From a virus, in IMG/VR virus record IMGVR_UViG_3300045988_020586: a DNA stretch of 64,000 nt; one strand, given 5' to 3'. The notes below the pieces were generated by a model. The model made no database searches. It was not told the DNA's origin and saw only the letters and a program-made list of their open reading frames with translations. Every line of letters starts with the position of its first letter. The stretch's first letter is position 1. This document shows, one piece after another, positions 61,223 to 64,000 of the stretch. Made by a program: the position numbers and the translations under genes.

Positions 61223-62814
61223 TAAAATAGAAAGTATGGACTCCTAATGGTTATTAGGTTGGTCCAACTAACAGTATGGTAGGTAAAGGTGAGTCTATTA
61301 TAGACTACACTAATGGTACCGGTACACTTGTAACTAAGGGAAAGGTTGGTGTAGATAATCAGCCTAGCTCTGTTAGACAAGACGATAGAAACGTAATAGC
61401 TGGAAACGATATAGACTGGACTAACGGTATGAAGTTCTCGCAATAGATAGCGCCACTTACAGCTAGATTACAAATGTATAACGATATTGAAAAGAAGGCA
61501 AATAAAAAGCCAAGCATGAGCTCGTTGTCAAAGTAGACAATGCAGCTTCAAAGTGCCCAATTAGAGCGCGCTAAAGCCCCTATTTTATAGGCTATGAAGA
61601 ATATTACAGATAGGTAGGAGAAATAGCATTAGATCGAAGATTATGCAGCTTAGTTTAAAGCTAATTGTGGTAAAGATAGATTCGCTAATGGTAAGAATAT
61701 GTGGGAAGGAGTAAAAGACTCTTTTAACAACTGGATTAAATCCGGAAAAGGAAAAGTATCTAATGCTGTACTTGATACAGGATATATGATTCCAGCTGTT
61801 CTTGAAAAGCAGATGCTTAATCATTGGATGAAAGAAAATCCATTAATGCCAAATATTTATGCTGCAAATAGATATAGTTAGTCTGCATTACAAACACTTA
61901 ATAGATTAAGAGTTAATCCTTACAATCAGTTGTAGAGTCTTAATCAAAACGACAGAGCAGCATACTACAGAATGCAGTAGGATGGTGGATATACTGGAGG
62001 ATAGAGATAGGCTGGTAGAGTAGCTCTCGCTTTAGGTAATGCTAGAAATGTAGCCGACGTTCTTAATAATGCTGATTTACAAAATAATAAGTATAGATAG
62101 GATTGGGCTACTGCAGCGTTGACTGAAGGTAATCAAGATGCTGCTAGAAGACAGGCTGCCAACCAGTACGCATGGGAAGCTTATAATAGAGCACATGGCG
62201 CTAAGACTAAAGGAATTGAAACACACTTATCAAATCTCGGTCTTATTGGTCAGAAATGGTTAGCTCAGCGCATTAAGAATAAGCAATATGGAGATGTGCT
62301 TGATATGTATCAACAAGATCTCGATAATAAAAAGGATGCATTAAAAGCAATATATGGTATAGGTGCAGATGGTACAAAAAGTGCAGTAGCAAGCGGATCT
62401 GTAAATAATAATACTACAACTGGAACTACAGGTGGCAATCTTAATATACTTAATCAATATTATCGTAACGCACCATTAGGGGATGTATTTTCGTTATAGA
62501 ATCCATACAGAATTCCATAGACTGATATCTCTATGCAAAGAATACCTAAGGGAAAATATTGGATGACACCAGATCAGATGCCATTAAAGAGGTATAATTC
62601 TGATTAGGTAAGGCAAGCTATATCTAAGGCGCAAAACACTAGATAGTGGGCCTAGAATGTACTTAATCAGAATGAGATAAACATGGGAACTATAGGAGAC
62701 GGTAATATATACAGAGATGCTAGTATTCATTTTATTGAGCCAAATAATTATACTTGGTAGTTACAAAATAAGTATCCGCTTGCTAAGGTAACATATATAC
62801 CAAGAATTGGATAA
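61219..62814 (+). CDS. hypothetical virion protein, 531 aa (many in-frame TAG)
   Basis: ATGA overlap start; track ORFs 61699-61881 and 62119-62499 in the same frame; TAA 62812-62814. Confidence 0.6.
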
Positions 62815-62832
62815 TCATATAAATAATAACAG

Positions 62833-64000
62833 ATGATAGGAATGTATGACGAACCAGTAGCGGTACCTATAATCGACTTACTGGATAGCAGCATGATGTC
62901 ATAGTACATTAGTGCTGCGAGGGAACAATATAACTAGGCTGTACAGGACCAAAAAGAGTTTGCTAAGGAATTTGGTGAACTCTATGGTCCTAACGCTAAC
63001 ATTAACAAGCAATTCTACGATGATACTAGAGGGGCTGTAAATAAGGGCCTTGATTATCTGTATTAGAATGGCATAGATCCTCTTAGATCTGCAGAAGGTA
63101 GAGCGTATATAGCTAAGATTATCAGAGAGAGACCATATGCTGAAATAGCTAATCTTAAAGCTTAGAATGAGTCTATGAAGACTTATTAGAAGTATAGAGC
63201 AGAAGCTATGCGTAACGGTACATATGATCCAGACTTTGAGAAGTTTGTATTAGGCGGTAAGACATTGGAGTCTTGGGATCCTTCAACAGATGGTATGTGG
63301 ACAAGAGAAGCGCCTTCTAAATATTCTAGCCTTAAGGATTGGACAAGCAATTTGTTTGACAATATGTAGCTTGAGTACGATGATGAAGCAACTAAGAAAG
63401 CTGGGGGAATGTATCAAGTCTATTCAAAATCTCCAAAGAAGATGTAGCAGATTCTTGATGCGAACATAAAAGATATGGCAAAATCTGATTTAGGAAGATA
63501 TTATCTTGATATGTATGGAGGTGATATAGATGCACTTAAGGCCGATATCATTAATCGTAATAGAGAGTATACGCAGATTGATAGACGACCAGATCAAGTT
63601 TAGATACATCTTAATGATCAGATATTCTAGGCTGCAGAAGCTGCTAAACAGAGAGCATTCCAGCATAGAGAAAACGAGCTTAATAGAAAGAATTAGCGTG
63701 ATATTGCTGCAGCTAAAAGTGCTGATGGCTCTGGTGCAAATGGACAACAATCTCCATTATAGTGGTCTACTAGATCTGAAAGAACATCATAGAGATAGAA
63801 GGATAATCAAGTAATGACAAACTTATTTGATACAATGCAGAGAGTATCTAAATATTGGAAAGATCGAGCTAATAATACAAAGCTTTCTGCTGCATAGAGA
63901 AAATAGGGAAGAGATCATGCTGCATGGTGGAATAATGCCATTAAGTAGGCTGAAGTTAATCCTAATTCTCTTATGAAGAATGGTCTTGTACAGATTGATG
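62833..64000 (+). CDS. hypothetical virion protein, 3'-truncated by window end (many in-frame TAG)
   Basis: ATG 62833; frame stays open apart from TAG to position 64000. Confidence 0.6.

Overview
This window reads as part of a crAss-like (Crassvirales-type) phage genome of a Bacteroidota host; that assignment comes from gene order and recognisable protein motifs, with no database search. It has two divergent modules around a repeat-rich control region at about 18.26-18.56 kb. (1) The minus-strand module (1.5-18.3 kb) holds small, mostly unrecognisable early or middle genes. These include an ECF-type sigma factor with an adjacent membrane protein, a lipoprotein, an HExxH protein and two tRNAs. 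(2) The plus-strand module (18.6-64 kb) holds a split dUTPase, tRNAs, tail-fibre genes, large terminase, portal, scaffold-like protein, split major capsid protein, lysis-like genes, an IHF-like protein, a 1552-aa tail protein and further virion proteins. Main observations: (a) TAG is a sense codon (probably Gln) in most plus-strand late genes, yet it is the terminating stop of six minus-strand genes, so code usage is partitioned by module. One TAG-rich gene sits in the otherwise standard-code strand. (b) Selfish elements are dense: a LAGLIDADG intein in the portal, HNH-carrying group I introns splitting the capsid and dUTPase genes, and two more HNH/intron-like elements with no identifiable host gene. 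(c) More than 5 kb is ORF-free and hairpin-dense (1-1492, 5514-5941, 6560-7203, 12682-13552, 13742-14163, 20336-21174). It contains three hairpin families with invariant loops and co-varying stems, tRNA-like minihelices and other multi-stem elements. All coordinates were derived by hand from the sequence and the ORF track. Splice junctions, RNA folds and most functional labels are inferences that need computational or experimental checks.
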